Origin: Octopus sinensis
Taxonomy: Eukaryota
DNA length: 64,000 nucleotides
Assembly: GCF_006345805.1 (NCBI RefSeq)
Contig: NC_043003.1
Location: 9,300,001 to 9,364,000 of the forward strand
Direction: 5' to 3'
Part shown: piece after piece, positions 49,253 through 63,904 of the stretch
How the letters are laid out: the number at the start of each line of letters is the position of its first letter
Numbering within the stretch: the first letter of the stretch is position 1
Notes under the pieces: model-generated
The model's input: the letters and a program-made list of their open reading frames with translations, nothing else
The model's database searches: none
Told to the model about the DNA's origin: nothing
Position numbers and translations under genes: made by a program

Positions 49253-52200
49253 TGTGTGTATACATATATGAATATATATCTATATCTATATATACGTGTA
49301 TACATATATGTATATATCTATATCTATATATATCTACACATATATCCATCTCTCTCTCTCCCTATATATATATATACGCCGAGCTTACGGAGAGGTTTCT
49401 ATTAACCAAATTCATTCAGAAAATATTTGTCAACGTGGGTCTATAGTACAAGACAATTGAAAGAGTCATACACTGGCGCTGAATACGAAATCAAATGGCT
49501 GCGAAGTGAACTTCTTAAATGAATAGCGATGCTCACACCTATGTGTTTATATATATATATGTATGTATAAGGATAATAAAATGATAAATGGCGTTTACAG
49601 AAAATTGTATTCCTCCTACACTGCATGTGATGACAGCGGCTACAGTTTAGAATTCTTTTTTGTGAACTAATCTGCTGGAATATGATATTTGGCACGTAGA
49701 GAACAGATGTTGATTTTGAATTATAACTATTGTTCTGAGAATTCTATATTGTGTTAAATATAACTCCGTAATAGGTATTTTATTGTATTGCTTAGTTCCA
49801 AATACATCGCGTGAATGCTATTATGATATCCCATGGTTCCATTAGTGAGTGTAAAGTTCCAGAAGTTCATGCTAGGCGGAAGATGAAAGGAAGATAACCT
49901 CTTATATTAAAAGGGACAGATTCTTTGGAATATTCGTGATGTGATAAAACAACTAGAAATGTCCTCACAATAAAGTTACTTTGCGCTAAACTATTCATAC
50001 GTTCAAACACATGCGCACAGAAACACTTTAGACACCGCTACCAAAAGAATGCATTGTTTTTTTCTTTATCTTTACACAAGTTACAAATCTGGGCATCTCT
50101 ATATGCTGCTACATGTGTGAATCATTTTTATCTGATATACACTGATAAGTTCATGTGTTCATACTCTCACACAAGTGCACAGACACGCACAAACTCGCAC
50201 ACGTATATATAACATGCAGTTTGTTTGCAGAAGGTACAAGTTTGGGCAATTCTGTATGCTGCTAAATATTGAATGACTCACTTTTATCCGATATTTCAAT
50301 AAAATAATCTTCCTCTCTATGTACCGTTTTCGTAGGCTTATAGATATTTCAAGAATCTGAACTTTAGCACATTGATGTCAAAGTCAGTTCCAAACTGAAA
50401 ATACATACGTGTTTTACAAGACTTTTTATTCACTTTGAATGAATTCTATAGGGATGTGAAGGTATATATCAGTTGGTAATGCACTCGATTCATTTATTCC
50501 AATGAATAAAAAAAAAGATATTAGAAAGTGAATATTCGATTTCGTGTGCAGGTATATACAATTCTTTCATTTGACAAACCTAATTGATGAAATAAATAAA
50601 GTTCTATTTCTAAGTCTGTATATCACCCAGTATCCATCATATCTAGAAATAAGTGTCAAAATTGCATAATTAATTGAGAAAGGTGGAATGAATTGTTTTG
50701 AACTCTGTGTCTACTATACCAACATGTTTACGTTTCGTTCTTTCATTTTTATTAGTTAAATTGTTACCACAACCGTATATAAAACAATTAATATATTGCA
50801 AAATATCATAGTCCTTAAATAATATTTATATAAAAATCCAAGGCAATCAATAAGAGAATAGTTAATGAGAATAATTACCAAATGCTCGATCGAGTTGACT
50901 TCCTGAGTTGTAACTGCGTCCATTATGATTCATTATTAATTAAATTTTTCATCACTCCAGTGCCGATATACTCGGAGTATTTCTATAGAGTCGATCAACC
51001 TGTTAGAAATAAAAAATGAATCACCTTCATTTATATCGTACCATCTTAAATAAAAAAAAAATATATGGGACAATGTAATCTCTGGTTACGGATGAATATC
51101 TTTAATAACAGATCAGCCAGAAATTTGATGAACTGCAGTTGCACATTTTTTCTTCTATACATTAACTAACCTAAGTATATATTTTCTTACATAGATTAAT
51201 CACTATTACTTTCTCCATAATTTCCCCCCATAAGCATCATCCAGATTTCAGACTTTTATTTTTTTCATGAACAAAGACCTTAGGCATCACTTGTGCACGT
51301 CTTCTAACATAAAACTCTAAAATAAGCTAAAGTTAGTTTTTTTTTTTAAATGTATAAATATTATAATTCGTAGATATTCCGGCATGTGGTACAGTAGCTC
51401 TTTTAAGTTTGTCTTCTCTATGTCCTGAATTAAAATCTACGGAAATTTCTTTTTTTTAATATATCGTTTCAATTTCAGTAACATTTCAATATCGTTAATA
51501 CATTGCATGATATCAGCTGACTCATTATCCAGCGTGACTAGTTTTGTATTTAGTTAATTATATCAGCATAATTGCCGAATCACATCTTGTTGAATTTCTT
51601 CGAAATGAACAGATATACCTTCAAATGTTTGTAACAGACCACAAAAAACTGTAAACTATCGACAAACAAACATAAATTCAACCTACTCTACGCTTTATTA
51701 TTCAGTATATTGATTCTGTTGTTAATTGCTAAGTAGATATCTATTTCGATAAATTAAAGCAGAAAAATGTTTTTGTAGACATGATAATAGTATCAGTTCT
51801 CTGCTGCTTAGTGCACGAAATTGGGTAAATTTATGGTTAGGGAGGTTCGAAGACAAGCAGATATAAAAATGCAAAAGTAAGTAGTTGAGAATTTTGCAGA
51901 ATATGGGTTAAGAAGAAGGTGAGAAAATAAAGAGGTAGATTCGTGGATTGGTATGTTAAACTTTCGTTGATAAATGGTGGAAGAAAAAGATCTCTATCAA
52001 ATAGGAAGACTACGTTGCTACGTAGTTAAGTTTTCGTTACACAATTGGACAGATAGTTATAAATTAAATAAATAGATATACGCGTGAATTAGACGGTTTC
52101 TTGGCTACTTCATTGGTAAAGAGGAACCGAATATGCTGACGTGAAGATAAGAAATGTCTAGGTTTGAAAGATAAATGTTTGAAGTAGTATTGTCTGACCT

Positions 52201-52297
52201 TCACTTTTAATAACTAGGTAAGGTTTTTCTCTCTTCATTAAAGCAGAATTTGCTATATGAAGATATATTATGCGCAAATTGAAATTTCGAGATGCTT

Positions 52298-52300
52298 ACA

Positions 52301-52381
<81 letters not shown>

Positions 52382-52391
52382 ACACACACAC
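52298..52391. repeat. Long (CA)n microsatellite
   Basis: Direct reading. Confidence 0.95.
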
Positions 52392-52659
52392 ATGCAATAT
52401 ATTCATATAGGAAAAGTATCTTTACTTTTAGCTATGTACTGGTTTACACAATCATTCTCTAGTTCTGCCCTTTTTTTAGGAAGTTATTTTTATATTATCG
52501 TATGGATTTCTTGTAGGTAGCTTAGGCCAGTAAAATCCCCAATTCTATCGTTTCTCATCTTCAGTATGATGTGATGGTGGTATGTGTTGCTGTAATTAGT
52601 ATGTCTTTTAATATCAGGCAGGATTGTGTGATTGGTATAAGCATGGAATTTTGGCGATT

Positions 52660-52948
52660 ATATTTAATGCGATCCACGCTAGAAATATTACGAGAGCATA
52701 TCCGAAATGAGATATTTCGAGAACGGAGCGGAATGAACGATGTGATCGCAGAGTACCGGAAGTAAAGATGCCCGGGATCAGACATACTGCAAGATATCGG
52801 AAAAGGCTAATTGGAAGAACTCCATGACGATGGGAAGACAATTTAGTTAAGCAATGGTCAAGATAGAAAGGACAGCGCAATCAAGACAGAATTGGAGGCA
52901 CATTGTGACCAGCGATGTATAATAGCATCTGATGAGCCGGCCGATGAC
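52660..52948 (+). mobile_element. RTE-clade LINE 3' end remnant whose terminus matches the SINE-B tail
   Basis: LREHIRNEIFRERSGMNDVIAEYRK*/RLIGRTP*RWEDNL/TAQSRQNWRHIVTSDV* (RTE pattern LRDHIRN..IR.R.GV.DVI..GRP..RW.D..A.DR..WR), then AATAGCATCTGATGAGCCGGCCGAT. Confidence 0.75.
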
Positions 52949-55093
52949 ATAATACTGTAATTTAATAAAAGAAGGATAAATGACGTTGATAAGAAGAAAA
53001 GATATGATATAACTGAACGGCACTTCCTTATCCTTTCGAGAAAATTTCTGATTCTGGCATAAAAAAGAAACTTACATTGATGATTCAACGTTCAATGAAT
53101 TCCCAATTCTTATTTTTCTTTATGTCTAATGTGGAAATTTGTCTTTAATAATGATTGTTACATCAGTAAAAGTAACGTGCACAGTTACATTCTTCATGGA
53201 CTGAAATCACAATCTAGTCCTGCTTCATGATGGAAGGTAATTTTTCGAAGGAAAAAAAATGAAGGATTTCAAAAAATGAACTTTGAATTTTATGTCTGAG
53301 TGAGAATTAATTAATTTAGTAAATCGTAAATACTGAAATATTTGAAATGAGTATTTGGAAACCTAGGTCCATTATTTACTTTTACACACACAGAGTTTCG
53401 ATGGAATAAGTATCAACATTTTTAAAAACAAACAATTAACCGTAATTTAGAAACTGAATATGAAAACTATCTTAATTATTAAAAACATTTTTACTTACTA
53501 CTTTCCCAGTTCATATCGCGAAACATCCATAAAATAATATATAATATTTAAAATGATTTATTTAGTTAAGCCTTCTACACACATTAAAACATGTGTACAA
53601 GAGTTATCTTTTAAATACACCCACACATACATAAATCGATATATTTTTCGTTCTGATATATACAGTCATATTTCATAAATTGATAAAATTAATGGTAGAA
53701 AGCGCAAGATAAGACATCCTGAAGATTTATTAAACTGTTGGTTATATTCATTGTGTTATTTAAAGTGAGGTATACTCTGAAGTATCCGATATTTAGATAT
53801 AATTCAATTTGTCTTCATTATGGAATTTTGTATATGCTATAACCACTTTAATTTAGCAAAGTTACTTTCGATCACTATGCTACAGAATTATGATGTCGAC
53901 AGACAACAAAAAATCGATGGGTTATAATTATAGGATAACAAATACATTAGTCGCGTGGCCATTTTTACTTTTCTGAAAAAAATTTCAAGAATACTAATTA
54001 AATCATTACTAAAGTTATTGTTAGAATAAAAACTATAATCAGGCTTATTAAGGAAAAAAAACAAACGAACGATAATTGTTATATTAGTCTGTTAGTGTTG
54101 GTGAAACTTCGTTTACAAAATATCTTCACAATTCCATTAGAAAATCAAATATGATAACGTAGTTTCTTTTTCTGTTTGTCACACAATTGTATTACTGACC
54201 TACATTGCATTGAAAAGCACTTAGAATCTAAAAATGGAGGAAACATAAGCTGAAAAATAATATTGCCCACAGAAAAAAAAAAAAAGAAATGGAAAAAAGA
54301 AGGTAAACAAAAGAATAGAAGAGCCGGACAGGAGAGACTAAGTGGATGAAAAACAACGGGGAAACAGGAAAAAATATAAAGTTAGAAAAATAGGAGACGA
54401 AAATAGAATGGTGAAATAGTTCATGGAGGAACAAATGGAAACGATCGAGAATAGGAAGGAACTTGGAGACTGGTAGATGGTAGTCATACGGTCCATAAAT
54501 GTATGAAAATAAGTCTAATCATAACCATCGCGTCTTTTTTACAGGAATTGATGTCACTGTATTCCTTTATCTAATGTCTCATATTTTAAAACTGTAGGGT
54601 GTGATATAAGGAGATTTGGCTGCTATTTTTAGCAAGTCATTTGACAAGTAGGCCAATCTAATGGTCGATCAAAATGATAGAATTATTAACCAAATCAATT
54701 TTAAATCAAACATATCGCTTTCAAAAAGGCAACATTGGATAAGATAAAACTAAGATAAAAAATAAATATCGGAGTAACAAGTCAGACGTTAAATGCCAGA
54801 TACACAATATATTTCTTTGTTCCGTAACATATACAAGAGGAGCGCAACACGTGTGTTAAAGCACATTTAAAAGGAACTGTAATATGAATTGAAGAATTAT
54901 AGATATTATTAAACTTTACATAACTGATTTCGCGAAATGGACTGTGAGTACTGCAGGAAAATAAAACACGATTTTTGGATAACAAAAAGAAAGTATTTAT
55001 AGACACCAGAAAAAAAAATCATCCTTAAAACCTAGAAATGCACGTAATGCTGAACTTAACAGCTCAACGATTTAGATTAATATATATATATAT

Positions 55094-55496
55094 CAATCGG
55101 TGTGCATTCAAAGCAATGATTTGTAAATTCACGAAACCGGTATACTTTTGAATCTCTTTAACAATTCTCAATAATGACTTTTATTACTTTTATTCCTACC
55201 TCAGTTCATCTAATTGTATATATCTATCGTCACTTATCATAAAAAGCCTTTAATTTTTTTGATTTCCGATGTGCATTTTCGCTTATATATATATATATAT
55301 ATATATCAATCGGTGTGCATTCAAAGCAATGATTTGTAAATTCACGAAACCGGTATACTTTTGAATCTCTTTAACAATTCTCAATAATGACTTTTATTAC
55401 TTTTATTCCTACCTCAGTTCATCTAATTGTATATATCTATCGTCACTTATCATAAAAAGCCTTTAATTTTTTTGATTTCCGATGTGCATTTTCGCT
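55094..55496. repeat. Perfect tandem duplication of a 190-bp unit (period 213) separated and flanked by (TA)n
   Basis: 55094-55283 and 55307-55496 appear identical base for base. Confidence 0.93.
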
Positions 55497-56199
55497 TATA
55501 TATATATATATATATATATATTCCAGGGAATGACTAATTCAGAGATGCCATGTCCGACAACTATGTATGTATGTATGTATGCATTTACTGATACTGACAT
55601 ACATATTCGATACTGTATTTTATGCACATAGACACTCATACATAGATACTACATTTATTTTGCTGCAGCCATAATATCACTAGCAGTGACGTTGGGTACG
55701 AAAAGAAAGAATTGCACCAAGCAGGTTTAAAGACTGGTTGTTATGGGACGAGTTTAACTTCTAAAATTAATTTAGACTGAAGCAGTGTACGATCTTTTTC
55801 TAACTAAGCGTACTACTAAGACTTCCGAAAAGTGAATATGCGCAAAATATATGTTAAGAAATTTTCTACACTTAATGTTACAACTAATTCCGAAAGAAAT
55901 GGAATTTGTTTAAAGAATTAATAGCTTTAATTAATTGATGATTTGCTTGTGATCATCAGATATATAATCTACTTAATAAAAACATTTGAAGTATTCATAT
56001 GATACCAATTCCACAGTTCTTAAATGGCTTTTAGCTTCCACAAGCAGTCTTTTTGAGATAATAAATATACTACTGTGAACTCAATTAAATTTTAAAATAC
56101 TTTAATTCAATTTTCTCTTAATAAAACATTGTAATAATTCTGTTAAAATATTAAAAATCTTTTGTTTCCAGATCTCAAATTCTAGTCACGATAATTATA

Positions 56200-56248
<49 letters not shown>

Positions 56249-56525
56249 ATACACGCATGTGAGTACATATGGATAGGCTTAGCACTCAGCTGATTTTGTG
56301 ATGGTTAAGTACGTGTATTAATCGTTTGCGATTTACATCTGTATTAGTTGTAGTTTTACATAGGAAAAAATTATTTATTTTCGAAAGTGATGGTGGTAAG
56401 TGACGAAAAGACAGGTATAAAATATGGCTGCTTGTCATTAGATGATGTTGAAACAAGCATTCCTATTGGTCATTCCGCGTCACCTGATTGAACCAGTAAT
56501 CCTAGTGAAATTCAAATATCCAAAG

Positions 56526-56820
56526 ACTGTCAACCTTTTAGACATTAAATTATACCTCAAAGCAGGCAAGCAGTAGTTGTATAGAAGGCCTAATGAGGAG
56601 ACAGTATATATTCATAGGAATTCTAACTATCCTAGACATAATTACAAGTAAAATATGCGCCAACAAGTAATAGACTGTACCAAACCTGACATAACTTGTT
56701 TCTTGATATGACCCTTGTGCACCACCGGAAACAGTAGAAGAAATTGCAATTTATCCTTCAATAAAGATATATTCAACAGAGTTGCATCACATTACAGTAA
56801 GGCGTTATTAAGCAATATCT
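56526..56820 (+). mobile_element. Decayed Penelope-like reverse-transcriptase C-terminal fragment
   Basis: TVNLLDIKLYLKAGKQ*LYRRPNEETVYIHRNSNYPRH...RRNCNLSFNKDIFNRVASHYSKALL matches the PLE pattern VNFLDV.L.L..G....YRKPN....YIH..SNHP...RIS.LS.N..IFN.A...Y..AL. Confidence 0.6.
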
Positions 56821-59800
56821 TGAGCGACGGGTTAGTTCATACGGAAAATCCTACCCTCACACCTACGAAAACAAGGAGAGGATAAAACACGATGTTGTCC
56901 TTCGGTCAACCTTAGTGTCTTCTTAGGAGTTACAACTATCCCAGCTGTGAATAGAAATATAGGAACTAGGCAGTGGCAGTACCAATCTTTACGTAACTCG
57001 TTAAATCATTAGATATTAAAGTTTATCTACAATACAGCGAGGCGTTACTGAGACGTGGCTTTAATGTGAAGTGAGTGCATGTAGGTGATATGCACGGAGA
57101 GAGAAGGACAAAGAATAATGTTTCATTCTGTTTAACCAATATGTCTGTAATTATAGCTAGTGACTTGTTACCATTTAGAGAACACTAAACGTACTTAATA
57201 TGCATAACATGAAGTTTAGTTACTATTTTGTACATATCAGCATATACTGCAACGGAAACATAGCATGGACCAATGCCGAATTTATCCTTATTACTTTACT
57301 GCAACCACCTAAGCCGAATGCCCTGATAAGAGATGAGATTTTGCGTTTCTAAGGTAGTGGGTTATAAAGCCAGCCTCATTCCATCTGATGATATCTGGAG
57401 GAACGACACGGAATCGGTCAATTACTCTAAGGGTAAGTTTACTCAGTATATACAACCATTCAGATCCAGAGTTATAGATAACACCGTCTCATTTGGAGAT
57501 TTTCTGTCTTGTCTTATCAGGAAACTTTCCCATTAGGAAAATTACTACAACTAAGTTGAATGACCGTAGTGAAATGCCGGTCGGGAAACTCATATTCTGA
57601 AAGGGAAAATGTAATAACCCTTAGAAATGCGTCTTTAAAATGAGTCGATAATTAGAAATGTTTGAAAAATTGTTAGAGAATGATGCAAAATATCTGTGGT
57701 TCTCACAGTAAGTAGCTTTCATAACGGTGCAATGAACGAGATACTGCCATCATACACATTGAAGACAAAAGCGGTTTCTACATTTACTTCAAGGTTGAAA
57801 TGTCTCAATGTCTATAACCATTCTTTTAACCAATCCTAATCTAATCATAGACGTAAAGTTAGGAAAACATCCTACAGGACAAAGCTGACAAAACAAGAAA
57901 AACGCATTCATCACACGTAATACATGAGTGAACGTGTGATGTTTTTATTACTGTGGATTATTTTTCACGAACTTTATAAATACAGCATCAAAATATTTTT
58001 GACCTCTCATGACATAATCAATTTGGACGTATTTGTAGTTTAGTGGAATTTGTTCATTCCATTGTGTTCTTGTGTTCCGTTGTGTTCAGATAAGGCTATA
58101 GATAATATGTAAATATTGGGTTAAATCCTTCAAGTCATTCTGTCCGAGAAGATAGCTTTCCTGGACTTCTTATTTGAATCCTTTGACATTTTTCTTTGAT
58201 AACACATTGTCACGAAGTTGACAGGTATCAACATTTAGTCTTATTCGTTTTACACATTGTTTGATTAACTTTTAGATTAAGATATTCATATATTTTACAG
58301 AAGTTTGTGAAGTTTACTAACGTGTTAGGTTTATTCGATTTCGTAGTTGGCCAACTCCGTACCAGTTAACTATTCACATCGGACTTGAAATAGCTCAATA
58401 TCTCATTTAAAAACTTGTCCACTCAATCAGAATTGTTTGCAAATCAACTCACTCAGCTAACCTGTGTGTTAATTGAATAACACGCAGGTCAAATTTTTAA
58501 ACTCCGCCTATCACCAGCATTATCATTACAAATTATCCGTTTATTATTGTGAAATAATTCCATAGTAATCAGTGGTCGTAGTCTTCAGGATCGTGGTGGT
58601 GGTTGTCATCATCGTTATTCTTCACTTTCGACTTTTTCTTTTCATTATCATCATACTCATGGTTATTATCATAGAAACAACAAGAAAAAAAACTATAATA
58701 CTATCAATCACAATGCTTCTAGAGCTGACAATAAGAACCATCATGATAGCACCAAACAATGTAAAAGTTAATTCAAGTAGAATCGTTTCTTCATTATCAG
58801 CATCACAAAAATACATCAACTGCTGAATCATAATCTGCATTGTTTGTAACCATAGAACGTGTAAATTCCTATTGTAGGAGTTGAAATTATCGGAGTCGAT
58901 CAAAATACTATTCTTTTTCTGTATCATGAATTTCAATCGGACGATTTTAGAGAGATTCAAATTATCCTAATGGGGTTAAGTGATTCCTTTTTTCTTCTTC
59001 AGTAGCCGCTTTTAGAAAAGTTCCACTTCAACACGCTACTCTGCTATCTCACATATACAGGTGAATTCTGAGAGCGCTTATTTGATTCTATCGACATGAA
59101 ATGCTCTCATATCTATAGAAAAATGCCTGCATTATTGGTGCACACGAACACACACACACACACGAAACCTTCTTCAACAATAATATTTTCATGGTTCGTT
59201 TTGATTTCTAATAAACGGATTAAAGATTTATATGTATTTATTATTACTGATATAACAGATTTTTGCCGGATTGAAGTTCTGAGTTGTTTTTTTTTTTTTG
59301 GCTGGTAAATTTTTAGCAAAACCTTCTTTCACCTTAGTGATAGCTAAACAGACAAATGGAGGAGAAAAAGCAGTCAAATATTGCAAAGATTTCATCACAA
59401 AATCTCGTCTGGCATTTCGATACTAGAAAAAACACTTTAACTCATAAACAATTTCTAATTCTATGCAATTTTGAACTGAGACCCACCATGGAATATTTAC
59501 TCAGGCCTGGTGATGCTATTAGATGCACAGAGATCCAGAGCCCCGTTTTCACAAAGGCCGGCTGATACATTGAAATGTATAATTACATTCGAAAACCACT
59601 TCCACATACGCACTGCCTTTGCTATTTCTGTCACTACTGCTGTGATATCTGTTTCTCAAAAGTTTCGGAGAGCTTGCGATAGCTTAAGTCCCTGATCTTT
59701 TCACTTGTTCAGACTATTAAAAAAAAACCCAACAGAAACATTTATTCAGTTTGCTTTGCATATGATCAACTTACAAATCGTCGTCTCGAATATTCATTTT

Positions 59801-60263
59801 ACCAATAATAAACAACTCTAGATACTTGACATGATTGCATTATAATAACGAATCATAAAGTTTCTTCCTCTCGACGCCATATTTACATACCTGTTACTCA
59901 TATTGCTGACTTATCAGTCTAACGACCTATTAGTGTTTTCTTGGCTACAGTATTCAATGTTACCTGGCAATCGGCTAAATGAACTCATTCTTATCTGTAT
60001 TTTGTTGGATGCTTTTAAATGCGTAGGAAACAGTGATTCCTTTATATAAATTATCCAATTATTGTTAATCAAGATTAAATAATTATTTCTTTTGATTACT
60101 TTGTTTAAAATAAAATTGCGAAATGTTTATATTACACGTATGGCAAATTTATTTAGTAATGAACAACAATCGATTGGTACAACATTGGTATTTTACTGAT
60201 ATCAATTTTGATTGAAATCTTGTTAATATATTAGTTATTTAGTGCAAAACGGATTACTGTTTT

Positions 60264-60375
60264 ACACACACACACGTACTCTCACACACACGTACTCTCA
60301 CACACACGTACTCGCACACAAACGTACTCACACACACACGTACTCTCACACACACGTACTCACACACACACGTAC

Positions 60376-60378
<3 letters not shown>
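60264..60378. repeat. 16-bp minisatellite, 7 units, derived from (CA)n
   Basis: CGTACT at 60275, 60291, 60307, 60323, 60339, 60355 and 60371. Confidence 0.92.
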
Positions 60379-60407
<29 letters not shown>

Positions 60408-63400
60408 ACACACACCAATTGCGAAAAGGAGCTCAAAGAAGAAAATGTTTTCACTTGGAGAATATTAGCTTTACTAAAATTAAGGGTAAATATATACAGC
60501 TTAGGAGGAGATAGGCCTTTTACGATTTCTGTTTTTCTCTGCCATTTGTATTTAGCTGTCACTGAAATTCATATTCTATATTCTCTTATTAATAATTTCA
60601 TTTCCCTCTCTCTCTTTCTCTCTTTTGTAAGAAACTAGATATCGCTAAGAGAATCTGGTTTTTAATAAAAAAGGATCTAAATATTCTTATTGTAAAGTAG
60701 AAATATTATTCTTCTTGCTTAAAATCAATTTGAAATCCATTCATCTCTGCTTGCAATGTTTAGATAATTCGACATATATAACGTCACCATGCATTAGTAA
60801 TGAGCAGAAGGGTCAGAAGCGTCATGATTTGCAGATTTATAGTGTATCGTTAAAAGTGTTATGTGGAAAGTATAAATTATTGTGAAAGTTAATGGCAATA
60901 ACTGAAGATAAGTGCAATTCCGTGTAAGGTTCTAGCTTACCATATTATAAAATCGGTGTCCTACATATCCTTACATATGATTCTATATATTTTACTTAGA
61001 TATTTAGATAATTATATCTTTTATTTTCCCTCATAAATATCGATTTTGGTAGAATTAGCTCTTAATAAATTGCAACATACGTTGATTTGTATTACTATAA
61101 TAATTTGTGCTATACCACATTCGACAATGTAGATTTGATCAAGAATATTAGTGTAATTTTTTCATTAACATTGATAACTCTAAATAATTTACGTCTTTGA
61201 TTTGTTACCTATTATGCCGTTCTCTTAAATTATTGGTATTAGTTTAATTCGTTGCGAATAATTATTGTTCATTCAATAACAGCTGCATCACCTACTCCAG
61301 TCGCCAGTCCATGAGTTACTGTTAAAAGCGTCTATGTCTATACACTAATGTAATAAAAGCACATAAACTAGCCGTTTATATTAACAAAATTTCTTCTGAA
61401 GACAATACTTTTATTTTTGTTTTTACAATTTCTGTAAAGTTGTTCTGTAGCTAGATATAACATTTGGAGTAGCTTGAAGAATTAAGTCCGATGTTTTGGG
61501 CTTATTGTGCTTCATTTTGTGTTTGAATTACACGTCAAATGTTTAATAAGAATGATTTTTCTTTTTTTTTTACACGGAGAAACCATGAAAAAGAAATGGA
61601 AACAATAGCATTTCCTATTCCTGCTTCGAAACCGACTGCTTATGTTTCTAAGTCTTTGTGTCTGTTTGTTTGTGCTTGTATTTCTGAAAGTGCGAATAGA
61701 TAACTTTATACAAGCACACTATCTCACATAAACAGAGAGAATACAAATAGCTGTAAGTAATAAAACTTGTGCACGAACTTCAAACCGACAGCGTTATTCG
61801 ATATATATATACATACTCTTTAGACAACCATAATCAATATATTACGTAACTACATAATGTACATAAATAGTTGATTTCATGATTTCAACTGTAAAAACGC
61901 ATAACACTCCAAAACTACCCAACCTAATCTAAAACGCAACACATGGCAGCAACGAAGACTTATGATATGAATTTTTGGCATCTGTAGAAGGAAAATTACG
62001 ATGGCTACGTTTATACATTGAGAAAATAATACATTTAGTAACTAAGTTATGTATATGTAAGACTATGGAAACCGAAATAAAAGCGTTTTACTAGAGAAAT
62101 CCTCAGAGAAATGTAAGTAGAAGAGCTATCAGAGATACAGTAACTACCATAGAGTCCGCAACACCAGTCATAACAGCTTGCATATGTTTAATGGGTTATA
62201 ATCATCAGATGGTGTACAAAAGAATTTTAGGTGTAAAAATAGCAGAAATTTTAACTAGGTAAAATACATAATACATTCCTCTCTTATATTTTGCCACTAA
62301 ATGGAACATTTCACTTTTAACGAAAAATTCTATTTGCTTCATATAAACAGAGAAATGTTTAACATCGAGAGCATGTAAATAAATAATCATGTACACATAT
62401 GTACACACGTGGAAATGTATACTTATGATACTTTTGCAACTAAATACTAAAGCTTACACCCAAATAAAATAAACATTCAGTTTGAATATAAATCAAGTGG
62501 GAAGGCGAGAGGAATTTGACGTGAAACCCACACGATCATTTCAAGTTCACTCCAAAATACACACAAGTTGCTTTCACAGCATACAATGAATTGCAGACCA
62601 CAATCATTTGCATTGTTCATAAATTGGAAACTATCTTCATTAGATAACAAAATATCTATATTGTGTTTCTGAAGATAAATATAATTTTCAAAATAAATAA
62701 GATAATAATAATAAAGCACTAGAATTTAAAGATTAGCAAGAAAACTTTAGATTAATAAATAACAACGCCTTTTTTTAAAAAAAACTATGCAAGATATATA
62801 CTGAGTATAATCGAACACGGAAAATATTATTGATAATTATTTTATCGATGTCAGGAAGATGAAAGGAAAGGTCACAGATGTAGCTATATAGTGTGATATA
62901 TTTAGTTTAATCCACCTGGTCATTTAAGTCCTCTTTGTAAAGATAGCTTTTATTGAACATGACTAGTTAGGGAGCTACACTCATTGCGTAATATGCAGAT
63001 ACACTCCTCATCAAAACTGGACAAATATGATATCAGCAAGCGCTAAATCTCTGTAGCAAAGAGTTAGACATAGCCTAGAACATATCTGTTAAGGTGGCCA
63101 AGGAAGTAAAGATAAATTTTGAAAATTCATAACTATTATGAGGATTTCTTTATTGAACGTACAATGAAATCGAACATGAAATCATTTACTCGTGAAAGCT
63201 TTTGTGTTTTCCTATGTTCTATTTACTTTCACTGCTTTCCTTTTCATTTAAAACTGTCCACCGGCGAGAAGCCTAGAAGTTGTCAAAGCAAATGGACATC
63301 CAAATAGAAAAAGAAAGTTTTCGGTTTTGAAAACTAAAAGACGTGACAGGGAGAAAAGTATAAGCAACCCATACTGAATGTAGATATTTATGACATAAGT

Positions 63401-63904
63401 CGAGTAAACGCTGTAGGTAAATGTTTTCTTGGTATATTCAGGACTGCTGTTCGGCCAAACTAAACAACATTGGAAAAGAACACTGCCAAAATAACAACTA
63501 TGCTCTCATTATCTGTGAAATCCTGCGTATGCTTCAATTGGTGCTAGCATACTATTACTAATATTCCAAATATTCCAAGGCGGTTACTGACAGAAACATT
63601 TATCTTCTGCATATGCATATATGTAACTTTCACAAAAAATATAAAGAGTCAATATAGAGGGGATAATAAAAACAAAAATCAATTGTTGGCTCTGTATTAT
63701 ACAGAAATTAGTTCGGCTATAAAATATTCTTTGCCTATAAAATGTTGGCATTGTGCCTAATCGAAAAAATCCTAATTATTTAGTTGTTTCTTTTGAAAGT
63801 GAATAACACACATAAGACCTCGTTCAATGAGATTATTTTAGATTATAAGTATCTGTGCGCAAATATTTACACTAAAATATCTACTTGTGTATTTTTTATA
63901 TTTC

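Noticed and set aside
57380-57425. CTGATGA...GAATCGGTC downstream of the PLE RT remnant
   Set aside because: GAAA is broken and stem II does not pair; too degenerate to call.
55094-60378. Direct repeats considered as a CRISPR-like array
   Set aside because: No repeat-unique spacer alternation, eukaryotic context, and no cas genes.
61290-61345. Minus-strand CIDIDAFNSNSWTGDWS, reminiscent of the calpain W.G.WS motif
   Set aside because: Too short, weak donor, and the upstream NPWG context is missing.
63442-63560. Candidate exon DCCSAKLNNIGKEHCQNNNYALIICEIL
   Set aside because: No recognisable domain; cannot be supported without RNA-seq.
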